A stretch of 64,000 nt of DNA, taken from Dehalococcoidia bacterium. GTDB lineage: Bacteria; Chloroflexota; Dehalococcoidia; SM23-28-2; RBG-16-64-32. The notes below the pieces were generated by a model, which worked only from the letters and a program-made list of their open reading frames with translations, was not told where the DNA came from and did not search any database. The translations under genes were made by a program, and so were the position numbers. Shown here piece after piece: positions 18,435 to 27,167 of this stretch; the first letter of the stretch is position 1, and each line of letters starts with the position of its first letter. The DNA lies in the NCBI GenBank assembly GCA_040882565.1, contig JBBEAZ010000024.1, positions 105,662 to 169,661 of the forward strand, read 5' to 3'.

Positions 18435-19049
18435 CTATTTCTTTGCGGGCTGATACTTGATGTGCGTGACGGTGTCGGAAGCGACCACGCGGGCGGGCTT
18501 CAGTTCGATCGTCTTACCCATGCCGTTGAACAGCGGCCGTCCTCCACCGAGCAGCACGGGAGCGATGTGCACCTGCAGTTCGTCGAGGAGGCCCAGCGTC
18601 AGCAGTTGCTGGATGATGCTCGCGCCGCCGGCCACTGAGATGTGCTGGTTGCCGGCAGCCCCCTCCGCCTGCTTGAGCGCCTCTTCGATCGAGCTGACGA
18701 AGTGGAAGGTCGTGCCGCCCTCCTTCAGGAGTGGCTCTCGCGGGCGGTGAGTAACGACGAATACGTCGTTGTGGAACGGCGGGTTAATGCCCCACGGCTC
18801 CTCGGCGAAGTCGAACATCCGGCGGCCCATGATCGTCGCACCAACTCCCTCAATCGACTCCGCCATTACGTCCGAGTCGGGGCCTTCCTTGCCGCCCGTC
18901 ATGCCGTGCGGCTCGCGCCAGGCCTTGAGCCCGTACACCCACTGGTGCAGGCGCTCGCCGCCGTCCCCCAACCCGTTGTCCGGACTGTCGTTCGGGCCGG
19001 CGATGAACCCGTCCAGGGACATCGAGATGTCTGCTCTTAGCTTACCCAT
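18435..19049 (-). CDS. dihydrofolate reductase family protein (RibD C-terminal domain-like, YwjB/YyaP type)
   Basis: 204 aa. SMSLDGFIAG ... VAGGASIIQQLL..GLLDELQVHIAPVLLGGGRPLF. Confidence 0.8.
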   Translation of the reverse strand: MGKLRADISMSLDGFIAGPNDSPDNGLGDGGERLHQWVYGLKAWREPHGMTGGKEGPDSDVMAESIEGVGATIMGRRMFDFAEEPWGINPPFHNDVFVVTHRPREPLLKEGGTTFHFVSSIEEALKQAEGAAGNQHISVAGGASIIQQLLTLGLLDELQVHIAPVLLGGGRPLFNGMGKTIELKPARVVASDTVTHIKYQPAKK

Positions 19050-19059
19050 GGCTTACCCA

Positions 19060-19353
19060 TCACTTTCCATCCTTCCCCGGCTGGTACGTGAGTAGCACCA
19101 CGCCGGTCTTGTACGTCTTCGAGTCGACGAGACGCAGCTTCGGGATTGTGGCGTCATCGCGGAACAGGCGCAGGCCACTGCCAAGCACGATCGGGAACAC
19201 CATCAGGTCGTACTCGTCGACCAGGTCGTGCTTCACCAGCGTCTGGACCAGGTCACCGCTGCCGTACACGAGGATGTTGCCGAGGTCCTGCTTCTTGAGG
19301 TCGGCCATGCGGGCGAACCCGTCGATGATCACGAGGCGTGATATCTCGTCCAA
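19060..19353 (-). pseudogene. C-terminal half of a second RibD_C/DHFR-family gene (N-terminal half missing)
   Basis: LVYGSGDLVQTLVKHDLVDEYDLMVFPIVLGSGLRLF corresponds only to the C-terminal ~95 aa of the fold. Confidence 0.5.
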
Positions 19354-19399
19354 GTGTCGCGCCGCAAAGGCTATGATGGCAAGCGTCGCTGTAGCGATG

Positions 19400-19741
19400 C
19401 TGGCGAGTGCAAATTGGGAAACAGCCTGCGCGCTTCAGCACGGCTTCCACATCTAGCACAAAGTCATCAAGCTGCCGGGCCTGGGTGCGGTCGGACAGTC
19501 CCGTCCCGCGAAGATCGAAGCGAATCAATGTGTTTGTTCGCGCGAGCTCGCCGAGGAGGGTGCCGAGCACCGGATTCGAACACTCGAGCTGCACATGGCT
19601 GGCTGTGGACTCCATGGCGAAGATGAGCGGCGGGCCCTCGCCGGTCACCGTGTACGCGATGCGCACGCCATCGCTCGTCATGCAGTAGCGGACTTCGGGC
19701 TCCATGAGGCGGATTGTACAACCAGAGTCGTGGCTGGACAC
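19400..19741 (-). pseudogene. alpha/beta-hydrolase N-terminal fragment (nucleophile elbow missing)
   Basis: MTSDGVRIAYTVTGEGPPLIFAMEST...FDLRGTGLSDR is a typical hydrolase N-terminus. The frame degenerates before any GxSxG motif. Confidence 0.45.
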
Positions 19742-19762
19742 GAAGCCGCCGGGGCGCGGAGT

Positions 19763-21415
19763 CTACTGCAGCTCGAAGCCCTCGTAGGCGTTGGCGGCGA
19801 TCTCGTCGCAGCGTTGGCGGTAATTGGGGGCGCCGCCGGCGTAGGCCATGAACGTGCGCTTCTGCCGGGTGGATACGTTGCTGTTGATGCCGGTCATCCA
19901 GGAGTCGACCTGGGTCAGGAGAAGGTACCGGCCGGTCTCGTAGACGTGTGCGGTCCAGGCGTCCTGCGCCTCCACGGTCGGTACGACGCGCTGGTGGTTG
20001 TGCTCTCGCATGTATGCGATGAGGCCGGCGACCCAGTCGACGTTTTGCTCGGCGCAGCGGGGGATGTTGCAGAAGGTGGCGGCGTTGTGCGGGCCGATCA
20101 GCGTCAAGAAGTTCGGGAACCCGGCGATCATCAGGCCGAGGTAGGTCTGCGGGCCGTCCGCCCAGGCGTCCCTCAGCGCGCGGCCGCCGACGCCGCGAAT
20201 GTCGATGCGGTCGAAGGCGCCGGTGATGGCATCGAAGCCGGTGGCGTAAATGATCATGTCGAAGGGGTATTCGGCGTCGCTGGTCTTGATGCCGGTCAGG
20301 GTGATGCGCTCGATGGGCGTCTCGTTGATATCGACGAGGGTGACGTTGTCCTCGTTGTAGACCTCGTAGTAGCCGCTTTCGAGAGGGACGCGGCGAGTAC
20401 CGAAGCCGTGGTTCGTCGGGATCAGCTTTTGCGCGACCTGCGGGTCGTTGACGCGCTCGCGGATCTTCCGGCTCATGAACTCCGTGATGGTGGCGTTGGC
20501 CGCAGGCACGACCATCAGGTCGCGGAAGTTGCCCATCCAGATGCCGAAACCGGGCTGGGCGTACAGCTTCTCGTAGAAGGCTTCGCGCTCCTCCGGGCTG
20601 ACGTCCATAGCGTGGCGCTCGTCAGCCTGGTGGATGAAGCCGCCCCACGTTTCTTTGCACAGGGCGAAGATCTCGGGATACCGCGACCTGATGCTCTGCA
20701 TCTCTTCGCGGCCGATGGGAGCGTTGCGGAGCGGGGCGCAGAAGTTAGGCGTGCGCTGGAAGACGGTGAGTGTGCCCGCTGTCTTGGCGACTTCGGTGAT
20801 GGTCTGCACGCCGGTGGCGCCGGTGCCGATCACGGCCACGCGCTTGCCTTCGAAGGTCACCGGTTCGTGGGGCCAGCGGGCTGTGTGGAACGATTCGCCG
20901 ACGAAGCTGTCGACACCGGGGATGTTCGGCATTGTGTAGGCGGACAACGGGCCGACTGCGGTGATGAGGAACTGCGCGCGGGCACGGCGGCCGTCGTCGG
21001 TCTCGATCTGCCAGCGGTTGTCGGCTTCGTCGAAGGTCGCGGAGAGGACGCGGGTGGCGAAGGTGATGTCGCGGCGGAGGTGCAGCTTGTCGGCGACGAA
21101 ATTGCAGTAGCGCAGGGTCTCCGGCTGGCCTGCGAAGTGCTCGCTCCACTCCCACTCCTGGAGGATCTCGTCGTCGAAGGAATAGCCGTACGTCCAGCTC
21201 TCGGAATCGAAGCGGGCGCCGGGGTAGCGGTTCCAGTACCAGGTGCCGCCGACGCCCGTGCCGGCTTCGAACACGCGCACCGAGAGGCCGAGGCTGCGCA
21301 GACGGTGGAGCTGGTACATGCCGGAGATGCCGGCGCCGATGACGATGGCGTCGTATTGCTCGACCGGTCCCTGGGCGCCGGCCGGACGTTCGGAGGTGGT
21401 GGTTTTGGCTGACAT
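19763..21415 (-). CDS. Baeyer-Villiger (flavin-containing) monooxygenase
   Basis: 550 aa. It has GAGISG FAD binding, the BVMO fingerprint FVGESFHTARWP, and a second Rossmann fold GTGATG. Confidence 0.9.
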   Translation of the reverse strand: MSAKTTTSERPAGAQGPVEQYDAIVIGAGISGMYQLHRLRSLGLSVRVFEAGTGVGGTWYWNRYPGARFDSESWTYGYSFDDEILQEWEWSEHFAGQPETLRYCNFVADKLHLRRDITFATRVLSATFDEADNRWQIETDDGRRARAQFLITAVGPLSAYTMPNIPGVDSFVGESFHTARWPHEPVTFEGKRVAVIGTGATGVQTITEVAKTAGTLTVFQRTPNFCAPLRNAPIGREEMQSIRSRYPEIFALCKETWGGFIHQADERHAMDVSPEEREAFYEKLYAQPGFGIWMGNFRDLMVVPAANATITEFMSRKIRERVNDPQVAQKLIPTNHGFGTRRVPLESGYYEVYNEDNVTLVDINETPIERITLTGIKTSDAEYPFDMIIYATGFDAITGAFDRIDIRGVGGRALRDAWADGPQTYLGLMIAGFPNFLTLIGPHNAATFCNIPRCAEQNVDWVAGLIAYMREHNHQRVVPTVEAQDAWTAHVYETGRYLLLTQVDSWMTGINSNVSTRQKRTFMAYAGGAPNYRQRCDEIAANAYEGFELQ

Positions 21416-21847
21416 TGGCTTTGCCTTCTGACTTAGGCTACCCGAGAATCTTGTTGAACGCAGCTGTTATCGCCATGCGTGGGTTCGCTGGAGGAGAGGG
21501 AACGCCACGCGATGAAGCGGTCAGGCCGCACCAGTATAGCGCCGTCCGGACCGATCTCTCGTGGCTACAGCTAGCTTTACCTGGCAGGACCATCGGCCGG
21601 CGATTTCAATCTGACTGGACCTGGCAATCGCGTTTTCAGGCCATCCTGGCCAGATGGCCGTTTGAACCAAACGCCCGCCTCGCGCGTTTGTATTGCTATG
21701 AAACCACGCAGACAGCGGAGCTTCCTCCGCTTGCTCGAGGAGCGATACAGCCGCCTGCGGCGGGGGAACAGCAGGGGCGGCGGGCCGGTGGTGTATCCGG
21801 TGGTCAACCGGCCGGCGGGCGCGCAGCCACTCGCCGGGGGGTTTGGG

Positions 21848-22216
21848 ATGAGCTTCGATCAGGTGGTTGTGGCCGGGCTCATCTTCGTCATGATCGCCTG
21901 GGCAGGGGCGGGCGCGGTCGCCTGGGGGGTTGTCGAGCTTTCGGGCGGCGGCGAGCAGGGAGAGCAGGGCGTCGCCGGACCGCAGGGCGAGCAGGGTGAG
22001 GCGGGCGATATCGGGCCGCAGGGCCCAGCCGGCAACGACGCGGCAATGGAAATGATAAAACGCCTCGGCGCCATGTTCGCGGTGCAGCAGAAGTCCGCCT
22101 TAAACGGCGGCGCGTTCGTCGCGTTCAACGACACTGACATCGGCGCGTGCGTAAAGTACATCATCACCGGGGAGCCGGGAGTCTCCGCTTGTCCGGGATT
22201 CTCGGGCGGCCAGTGA
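21848..22216 (+). CDS. small membrane-anchored collagen-like (G-x-x repeat) protein
   Basis: A TM helix (VVVAGLIFVMIAWAGAGAVAW) precedes GEQGEQGVAGPQGEQGEAGDIGPQGPAGN. Alternative upstream starts are at 21698 or 21662. Confidence 0.55.
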   Translation: MSFDQVVVAGLIFVMIAWAGAGAVAWGVVELSGGGEQGEQGVAGPQGEQGEAGDIGPQGPAGNDAAMEMIKRLGAMFAVQQKSALNGGAFVAFNDTDIGACVKYIITGEPGVSACPGFSGGQ

Positions 22217-22259
22217 GCGGCGGGCGGTGTTCCCCTACGAATATGCCTTGGTATAATCG

Positions 22260-22751
22260 GTGCGTATGACCTCGATATCACACGTCGAGAACGCCCAGGA
22301 GTACGCTCCCCCTCTCCCTTACGCCAGTCTTTCACTACGCATCGTAGCCACGATCCTTGACGGCATCTTTATCCTCTCCCTCGCCGCGCTCGTCAGTGCC
22401 GTCGCCGGATTCTACCTGCTCGCCCGCACGAGCTGGGGCGACGTCGATCCTTCCGACGAGGTCGCCGCGACCTCGGCTGCGATCCTCTGCGGATATCTGG
22501 TGCTCGCTCCTCTTTACTTCATGCTGCTGTGGTACTGGCGCGGCCAGACCCTCGGCCAGATGGCCGTTCGTATCGCCGTCACTGACCGCGACGGTTACCA
22601 TCTCCATTTCTGGCAGGCGATCCTGCGGATGATCCTCTGGCCGCTCAGCGTCCTGCCGCTGGGCATCGGCGTGACGACGATGTTCTTCGACCGCGAGCAC
22701 CGCATGCTACACGACATGCTCTCCGGCACCGTCGTCGTCGAGCTTCCCTGA
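22260..22751 (+). CDS. RDD family membrane protein
   Basis: RIVATILDGIFI .. three TM helices .. RDGYHLHF .. HRMLHDMLSGTVVV, the RDD signature arrangement. Confidence 0.7.
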   Translation: MRMTSISHVENAQEYAPPLPYASLSLRIVATILDGIFILSLAALVSAVAGFYLLARTSWGDVDPSDEVAATSAAILCGYLVLAPLYFMLLWYWRGQTLGQMAVRIAVTDRDGYHLHFWQAILRMILWPLSVLPLGIGVTTMFFDREHRMLHDMLSGTVVVELP

Positions 22752-23570
22752 GTGTCCGCGCTGCGTGCCGTCTCTGTCTGGATCGTCGCTTTTGCCCTGG
22801 CCGTCGCCCTGGCCGCACTCTTCGCCACCCTCACCGTTTACCAGCTGACCTCTGAGGACACCGGGGAGCGCATCCTCCGCCGCTCCATTGCCGCGACCAC
22901 CGACATCGATGCGGCTCTGCCGCGGATCGAGGCCGACCTCGACCGCCTGACGACCGGCGACTCGCCCGAGACGGCCACCGTTCCCAACTTCCCGATCCAG
23001 GCCGAGCTGACGCGCGAAGAGGCGACGACCCTGCGGGGCGGCGAACTGCGCGACGTGATCCTGGATCGCGCCGCGCACAAACTCTACACAGTTGGTGGTG
23101 ACGCCTGGACCGAAGGCGATCCACAGGCGAACCGGAACATCGAACGCGTCTCCACAACCGGCGCGATCGACTACGGTCTCGGCTTCGTCCGTGACTCCAC
23201 GAACGCCGTCTTCCTGGTCCTCGCCGTCATCCTCGCCGTTGTCGCCATCGGCATGACCGCGGTACTGCTGGTCGTTCTTCCCTGGGACATGCGGCTGCTC
23301 GGCGCGGGCAGTGTCGCCGTTGTAGCGGGACTGCCGGGGCTCGCCGCCGCTGTTGCCGTGCGTTTCGTGTTCCGCACCGCCGACGACGAAGGCGACCCCT
23401 TCGTCAAGGCGATGCTGGACCTCGGTGTCGATAGCATGTGGGTGCCCATTCGCAACTTCGCCGTACTCAGCCTCTTCGGTTTTCTGCTGATCATCATCGC
23501 TACCACGCTCCTCTGGTGGGGTGCGCGCCATCGCCCGGCAGGGAGTCCCGCGCTGGATACACAGAGCTAG
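22752..23570 (+). CDS. hypothetical polytopic membrane protein
   Basis: GTG start overlapping the upstream stop. N- and C-terminal TM segments flank a soluble loop. Confidence 0.6.
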   Translation: MSALRAVSVWIVAFALAVALAALFATLTVYQLTSEDTGERILRRSIAATTDIDAALPRIEADLDRLTTGDSPETATVPNFPIQAELTREEATTLRGGELRDVILDRAAHKLYTVGGDAWTEGDPQANRNIERVSTTGAIDYGLGFVRDSTNAVFLVLAVILAVVAIGMTAVLLVVLPWDMRLLGAGSVAVVAGLPGLAAAVAVRFVFRTADDEGDPFVKAMLDLGVDSMWVPIRNFAVLSLFGFLLIIIATTLLWWGARHRPAGSPALDTQS

Positions 23571-23598
23571 GACGCTCGTATAATTCCCGGGTAGAGAG

Positions 23599-23964
23599 AT
23601 GACCGGCGACGTGTTCTCGCGCAATCGATTCGTTCGCTCCGTAGCGAGGTTCATCTTGCTCGGCGTGCTGCTTCCTAACTTCGTCTATCTCGGCCACTGG
23701 ACCACGACCGGCACTGAAGCCCATGAGACGACCCACCATCACCGACAACCGGACGCGGCAGCAGACGACGCCCACACGCTCCACTGCCACACCGGCATCT
23801 CGAAGTGTGGCGGCGCGCAGGCGATGGTCGGCGCGCTCTGGGTTGGCGAAGACGCGGGTCTCTTTGCGCCGGATGACGCGCCAAAGCCTATCCTCCTAGC
23901 GCCGGCCGCAATCGCTCCGGAACCACCGACGCTCCTCCTCCTCCAACCTCCTAAGGCTGCCTGA
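23599..23964 (+). CDS. small His-rich membrane protein (HETTHHHRQ ... HTLHCHTGISKCGG), possibly metal-binding
   Basis: An N-terminal TM helix is followed by a His/Cys cluster. It lies upstream of the copper locus. Confidence 0.5.
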   Translation: MTGDVFSRNRFVRSVARFILLGVLLPNFVYLGHWTTTGTEAHETTHHHRQPDAAADDAHTLHCHTGISKCGGAQAMVGALWVGEDAGLFAPDDAPKPILLAPAAIAPEPPTLLLLQPPKAA

Positions 23965-24030
23965 CCGGCCTGCCTTATCGATTCCGGCGTCCAATACGGC
24001 GCCGGTGGCGTTATTACTTGAGGAGGACAG

Positions 24031-24564
24031 ATGAATCCACGAATCCGGCTGCTATTCGCCGGCCTCGCTGCCGTCGCGCTACTCGCCCTCGTCCTGGTCG
24101 CGGCCTGCGACGACGACGACGATGACAGCGGCGGCAGTGACAATAGCGCGGAACTGGCCGAGCTGACAACGCGCCTGGAGCGGGTCGAGGTGGAGACCGC
24201 GCTCAACACGCTTGACGCCGCCGCGTTCCACACCATCGACGACGAACTACAGGCCGCCAGCGAGATCCCGAGCGGCACTTCCGGTACGATCGAACGGGCT
24301 CATGCCATCGCTGCTGCGACCCACTGGCCGGACGACCTCAGCGAGCTGGCCGCGACGCTCGTCCAAACTATGGACGACTTCCTAGCGGCACTCGGAGCGG
24401 AGGACCTCGAGGCGTCAAAGGGTCTGGCGACAGACGCCCACGACGCCTGGCACGAGCTTCAGCATTCCGCGTACGACTGGGTCGCGGGCGAGGAGCTCGC
24501 CGACGAAGGAGAAGACGACCACGGCGCTGAAGAATCGCCCGCAGCCGAGGAAACCGGTAGCTAG
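24031..24564 (+). CDS. acidic lipoprotein, hypothetical
   Basis: It has a signal peptide with a lipobox (LVAAC) and a poly-Asp segment. Confidence 0.6.
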   Translation: MNPRIRLLFAGLAAVALLALVLVAACDDDDDDSGGSDNSAELAELTTRLERVEVETALNTLDAAAFHTIDDELQAASEIPSGTSGTIERAHAIAAATHWPDDLSELAATLVQTMDDFLAALGAEDLEASKGLATDAHDAWHELQHSAYDWVAGEELADEGEDDHGAEESPAAEETGS

Positions 24565-24565
24565 A

Positions 24566-25153
24566 GTGACGTTCGCGGCACGTGTGAGCGGGGTGGCGGC
24601 GCTGGCCGTCGCCCTGCTCGCGGCCGTCCTGGTTTCGGCGTCTGGAGCCTCGGCTCACGCGCGCTACGTCAGCTCGACACCGGCCGACGGCGCGACGGTC
24701 GCCGAGTCTCCGGCTCAGATCGAAGCCGTGTTCGCAGAAGAGATGGGGCGCAGCGGCGGACTGCCGACGATGGTGCTCGTCAACGAGTCCGGCGACGTGA
24801 TCGCCGATGGCCCCGTGCTCAACGACGCAGACCGCACGAAAATGACCCTCGACCTGCCGCCCTCGCTTCCCGAGGGGCGCTACACAGTGATCTGGCACAA
24901 CATCTCGGACGACGACGGGGATGAGGCCCAGGGCGCGTTCGTTTTCTTCGTCGGCGGCGGCTCTTCTCAGACTCCGGGCCCCTCCGACACCGCCGCGGCC
25001 ACGGCCGCGCCAACGACCGTCATTACCAACCCCGGCACGAGTGACGACGGCAGTAACGACATCCCGCTCTGGGCACTGATCGCAGGCGTTGCGGTCGGGC
25101 TCTGTGCCGGCGCCTCGGCAGGCGTCGTCCTCGGAAGCAGGCGCGACACCTGA
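24566..25153 (+). CDS. copC: CopC-family periplasmic copper-binding protein with a C-terminal TM anchor
   Basis: The mature N-terminus is HARYVSSTPADGATV. YTVIWHNISDDDGDEAQG parallels the CopC YxVxWxxxSxDGH motif. Confidence 0.75.
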   Translation: MTFAARVSGVAALAVALLAAVLVSASGASAHARYVSSTPADGATVAESPAQIEAVFAEEMGRSGGLPTMVLVNESGDVIADGPVLNDADRTKMTLDLPPSLPEGRYTVIWHNISDDDGDEAQGAFVFFVGGGSSQTPGPSDTAAATAAPTTVITNPGTSDDGSNDIPLWALIAGVAVGLCAGASAGVVLGSRRDT

Positions 25154-26202
25154 TGCGATTCCGGCGGCTGCTGCTCATGGTCTTCGTGATATGCCTTACC
25201 GCGGGCGTTTGGGCCTGCGGCAGCGGTGACGACGACGGCGGCGAGACGAACGCGCCGACTGGCACAGAGAGCGCGGCTCCCGGAGCGGCGTATATCCTCT
25301 ACCGGGACGCCAGCGGCAACATCATCGCCAGTAATCTCGCCACCGCCGAGACCTTCCGGCAGCCCGTCGACTTCGAATCTGAGGTCGTCATCTCTGCCAT
25401 GTGCTCTCCCGACAGCAAGCGAGTCGCCTTGCTCAAGCAACGTTTCACCGTCACTAACCGCGAACTCGTGATCCTCGGCGAAGACGCACCTGATGAAGAG
25501 ATACCGCTCTCCGCCGCCGTCCAGGGCATGGACTGGTCCCCTGATGGGACCCACCTCGTCTATACCGAATACGATGGCTTCGAAAACATCCACAAGGTGG
25601 GTATCCTCGACATCGCAGCGGGCGAGGCAACCGAGCTTGGTGCCGCAGACAACCTCGCCGGCTCGCCATCCTGGTCTCCCGACGGGTCGACCATCGCCTA
25701 CAACGTGCAGGACGCGATTGGCAACTTCTCGGATGTCTTGTTGCTCGACGCGTCGGGCGGGGAACCGCAGAAGCTCCAGATCGGCTCCGGCGGCCTCTGG
25801 TATGACCCAGAGTGGACTCCCGATGGCGAGTCGCTCCTCGTCTCCGGTATCAGCGAAGGCGAATCCCAGTTGTACCTGGTCAGTGCGGACGGCGGCGAGC
25901 CTGCTGCGATCACCAATTCCGACATCTTCAAACGCTCACCGGAGTACTCCCCGGACGGCGCTCAAATCGCGTACACCGGTTCGATCGTCATTCAGACCGT
26001 GTCCTTGAACGCACTCCACTCCTTTGGCATCTTCCTCATGAACAGCGACGGCAGCGATGAGCGCGCTTTGACCGCCGACCCGCGCCTCAACCCCGGCGCC
26101 GCGGTCGATCCCTACCTCGATGCCTTCCTGCTTGGCTGGTGCCTGCCCGGTCCCTGGCTGGACGATTCCTGGGAGCCGGTCGCGGCGCTGCCCACGCCAT
26201 GA
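25153..26202 (+). CDS. TolB-like beta-propeller lipoprotein (PD40/WD40-like repeats)
   Basis: Repeated WSPDG, EWTPDG and YSPDG blocks. Lipobox near the N-terminus (VWACGSG). Confidence 0.8.
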   Translation: MRFRRLLLMVFVICLTAGVWACGSGDDDGGETNAPTGTESAAPGAAYILYRDASGNIIASNLATAETFRQPVDFESEVVISAMCSPDSKRVALLKQRFTVTNRELVILGEDAPDEEIPLSAAVQGMDWSPDGTHLVYTEYDGFENIHKVGILDIAAGEATELGAADNLAGSPSWSPDGSTIAYNVQDAIGNFSDVLLLDASGGEPQKLQIGSGGLWYDPEWTPDGESLLVSGISEGESQLYLVSADGGEPAAITNSDIFKRSPEYSPDGAQIAYTGSIVIQTVSLNALHSFGIFLMNSDGSDERALTADPRLNPGAAVDPYLDAFLLGWCLPGPWLDDSWEPVAALPTP

Positions 26203-27167
26203 TCCTCCACATCGGCGGCGCGAGCACCGGCACCGTTCTCATTACCGTCATCGGCATCTTCCTCCTCATCTTCGCGATGAGTTTCGCCATCGGGCCGATC
26301 CCCGAAGGCAAGCGCCGTTACAGCCGCGCCTGGTGCACCGCCTGGCTGCGCGCCTCCACACCCAGGCTGATCATCGCCGGGACTTTTTCCGCATTGGTCT
26401 TCACCGGCTCCGCTCTCTCCGGTGACGGCAAGAGCGACGCGCAAATCGCCGCCGACTGCGAATCGGCCGTGACTCCGCTCACCGGTAACGCTGTTACAGA
26501 GCCGCGCCTGCTCGTCGCCATCTCCGGGACGCGTGACATCGCCACCGCTGCCCGGAACGGCGATCCCGGCGGCGCGCAGACGCTCTTCTTCACCACCGAC
26601 GCCCACAACGTCACGCACGACATCGATGCGCAGCTTCGCCTCGGCAGCCCGACGTTGGCCCAAGATCTCTGCATCAGCGTGGTCAAGCTCGAAAACGAGA
26701 TCGCGGGAGACCTTCGGCCAGCCGTGATCGCCACGGAATCCGACAAGATCGCCGGCTACCTGGACCAAGCGAGTGACGAAATCGACTTTGCGGCAGAGCC
26801 CTCGCCGGTGCCGGGAGCCTCTGGCGTCTGCGCCTATCCGATCGGCGCTGTCAGCGACCGTCCGCTCACCGAGGAACGCCTGCGGTCTGCAATCGCGGCG
26901 ATGCGCGAGGTCTCAGCGCTTGCCGGCGCCGGCGACGTGCCAGCCGCTGCCGAGGCCTTTGGCGGCGACGCGCACAACATCACCCATGACATCGACCTGC
27001 CGCTCCGCAACGCCGACCCGCAGCTCGGCGTCGACCTCTGCGAGAGCGTTCTCGAGCTCGAGCTCGAGTTCGGAGGTAAGCGAGACGCGGGCATCATCGC
27101 CGCCGAGGCGACGACTAGCGCCGGCCTCCTCGAGGACTCCGGGCGGGTGCTGGGCCTCCTGCGATGA
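26199..27167 (+). CDS. membrane-anchored protein with two tandem 'DAHNxTHDID' repeat domains, unknown function
   Basis: The start was set at ATG 26199 (MILHIGG.. TM helix). Internal repeats are FFTTDAHNVTHDIDAQLRLGSPTLAQDLCISVVKLENE and FGGDAHNITHDIDLPLRNADPQLGVDLCESVLELELE. Confidence 0.65.
   Translation: MILHIGGASTGTVLITVIGIFLLIFAMSFAIGPIPEGKRRYSRAWCTAWLRASTPRLIIAGTFSALVFTGSALSGDGKSDAQIAADCESAVTPLTGNAVTEPRLLVAISGTRDIATAARNGDPGGAQTLFFTTDAHNVTHDIDAQLRLGSPTLAQDLCISVVKLENEIAGDLRPAVIATESDKIAGYLDQASDEIDFAAEPSPVPGASGVCAYPIGAVSDRPLTEERLRSAIAAMREVSALAGAGDVPAAAEAFGGDAHNITHDIDLPLRNADPQLGVDLCESVLELELEFGGKRDAGIIAAEATTSAGLLEDSGRVLGLLR

Noticed and set aside
19595-21412. 605-aa ORF on the plus strand
   Set aside because: It is entirely antisense to the well-supported Baeyer-Villiger monooxygenase gene. 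Its Gly/Ala/Val/Asp-rich low-complexity translation is typical of shadow ORFs in high-GC DNA
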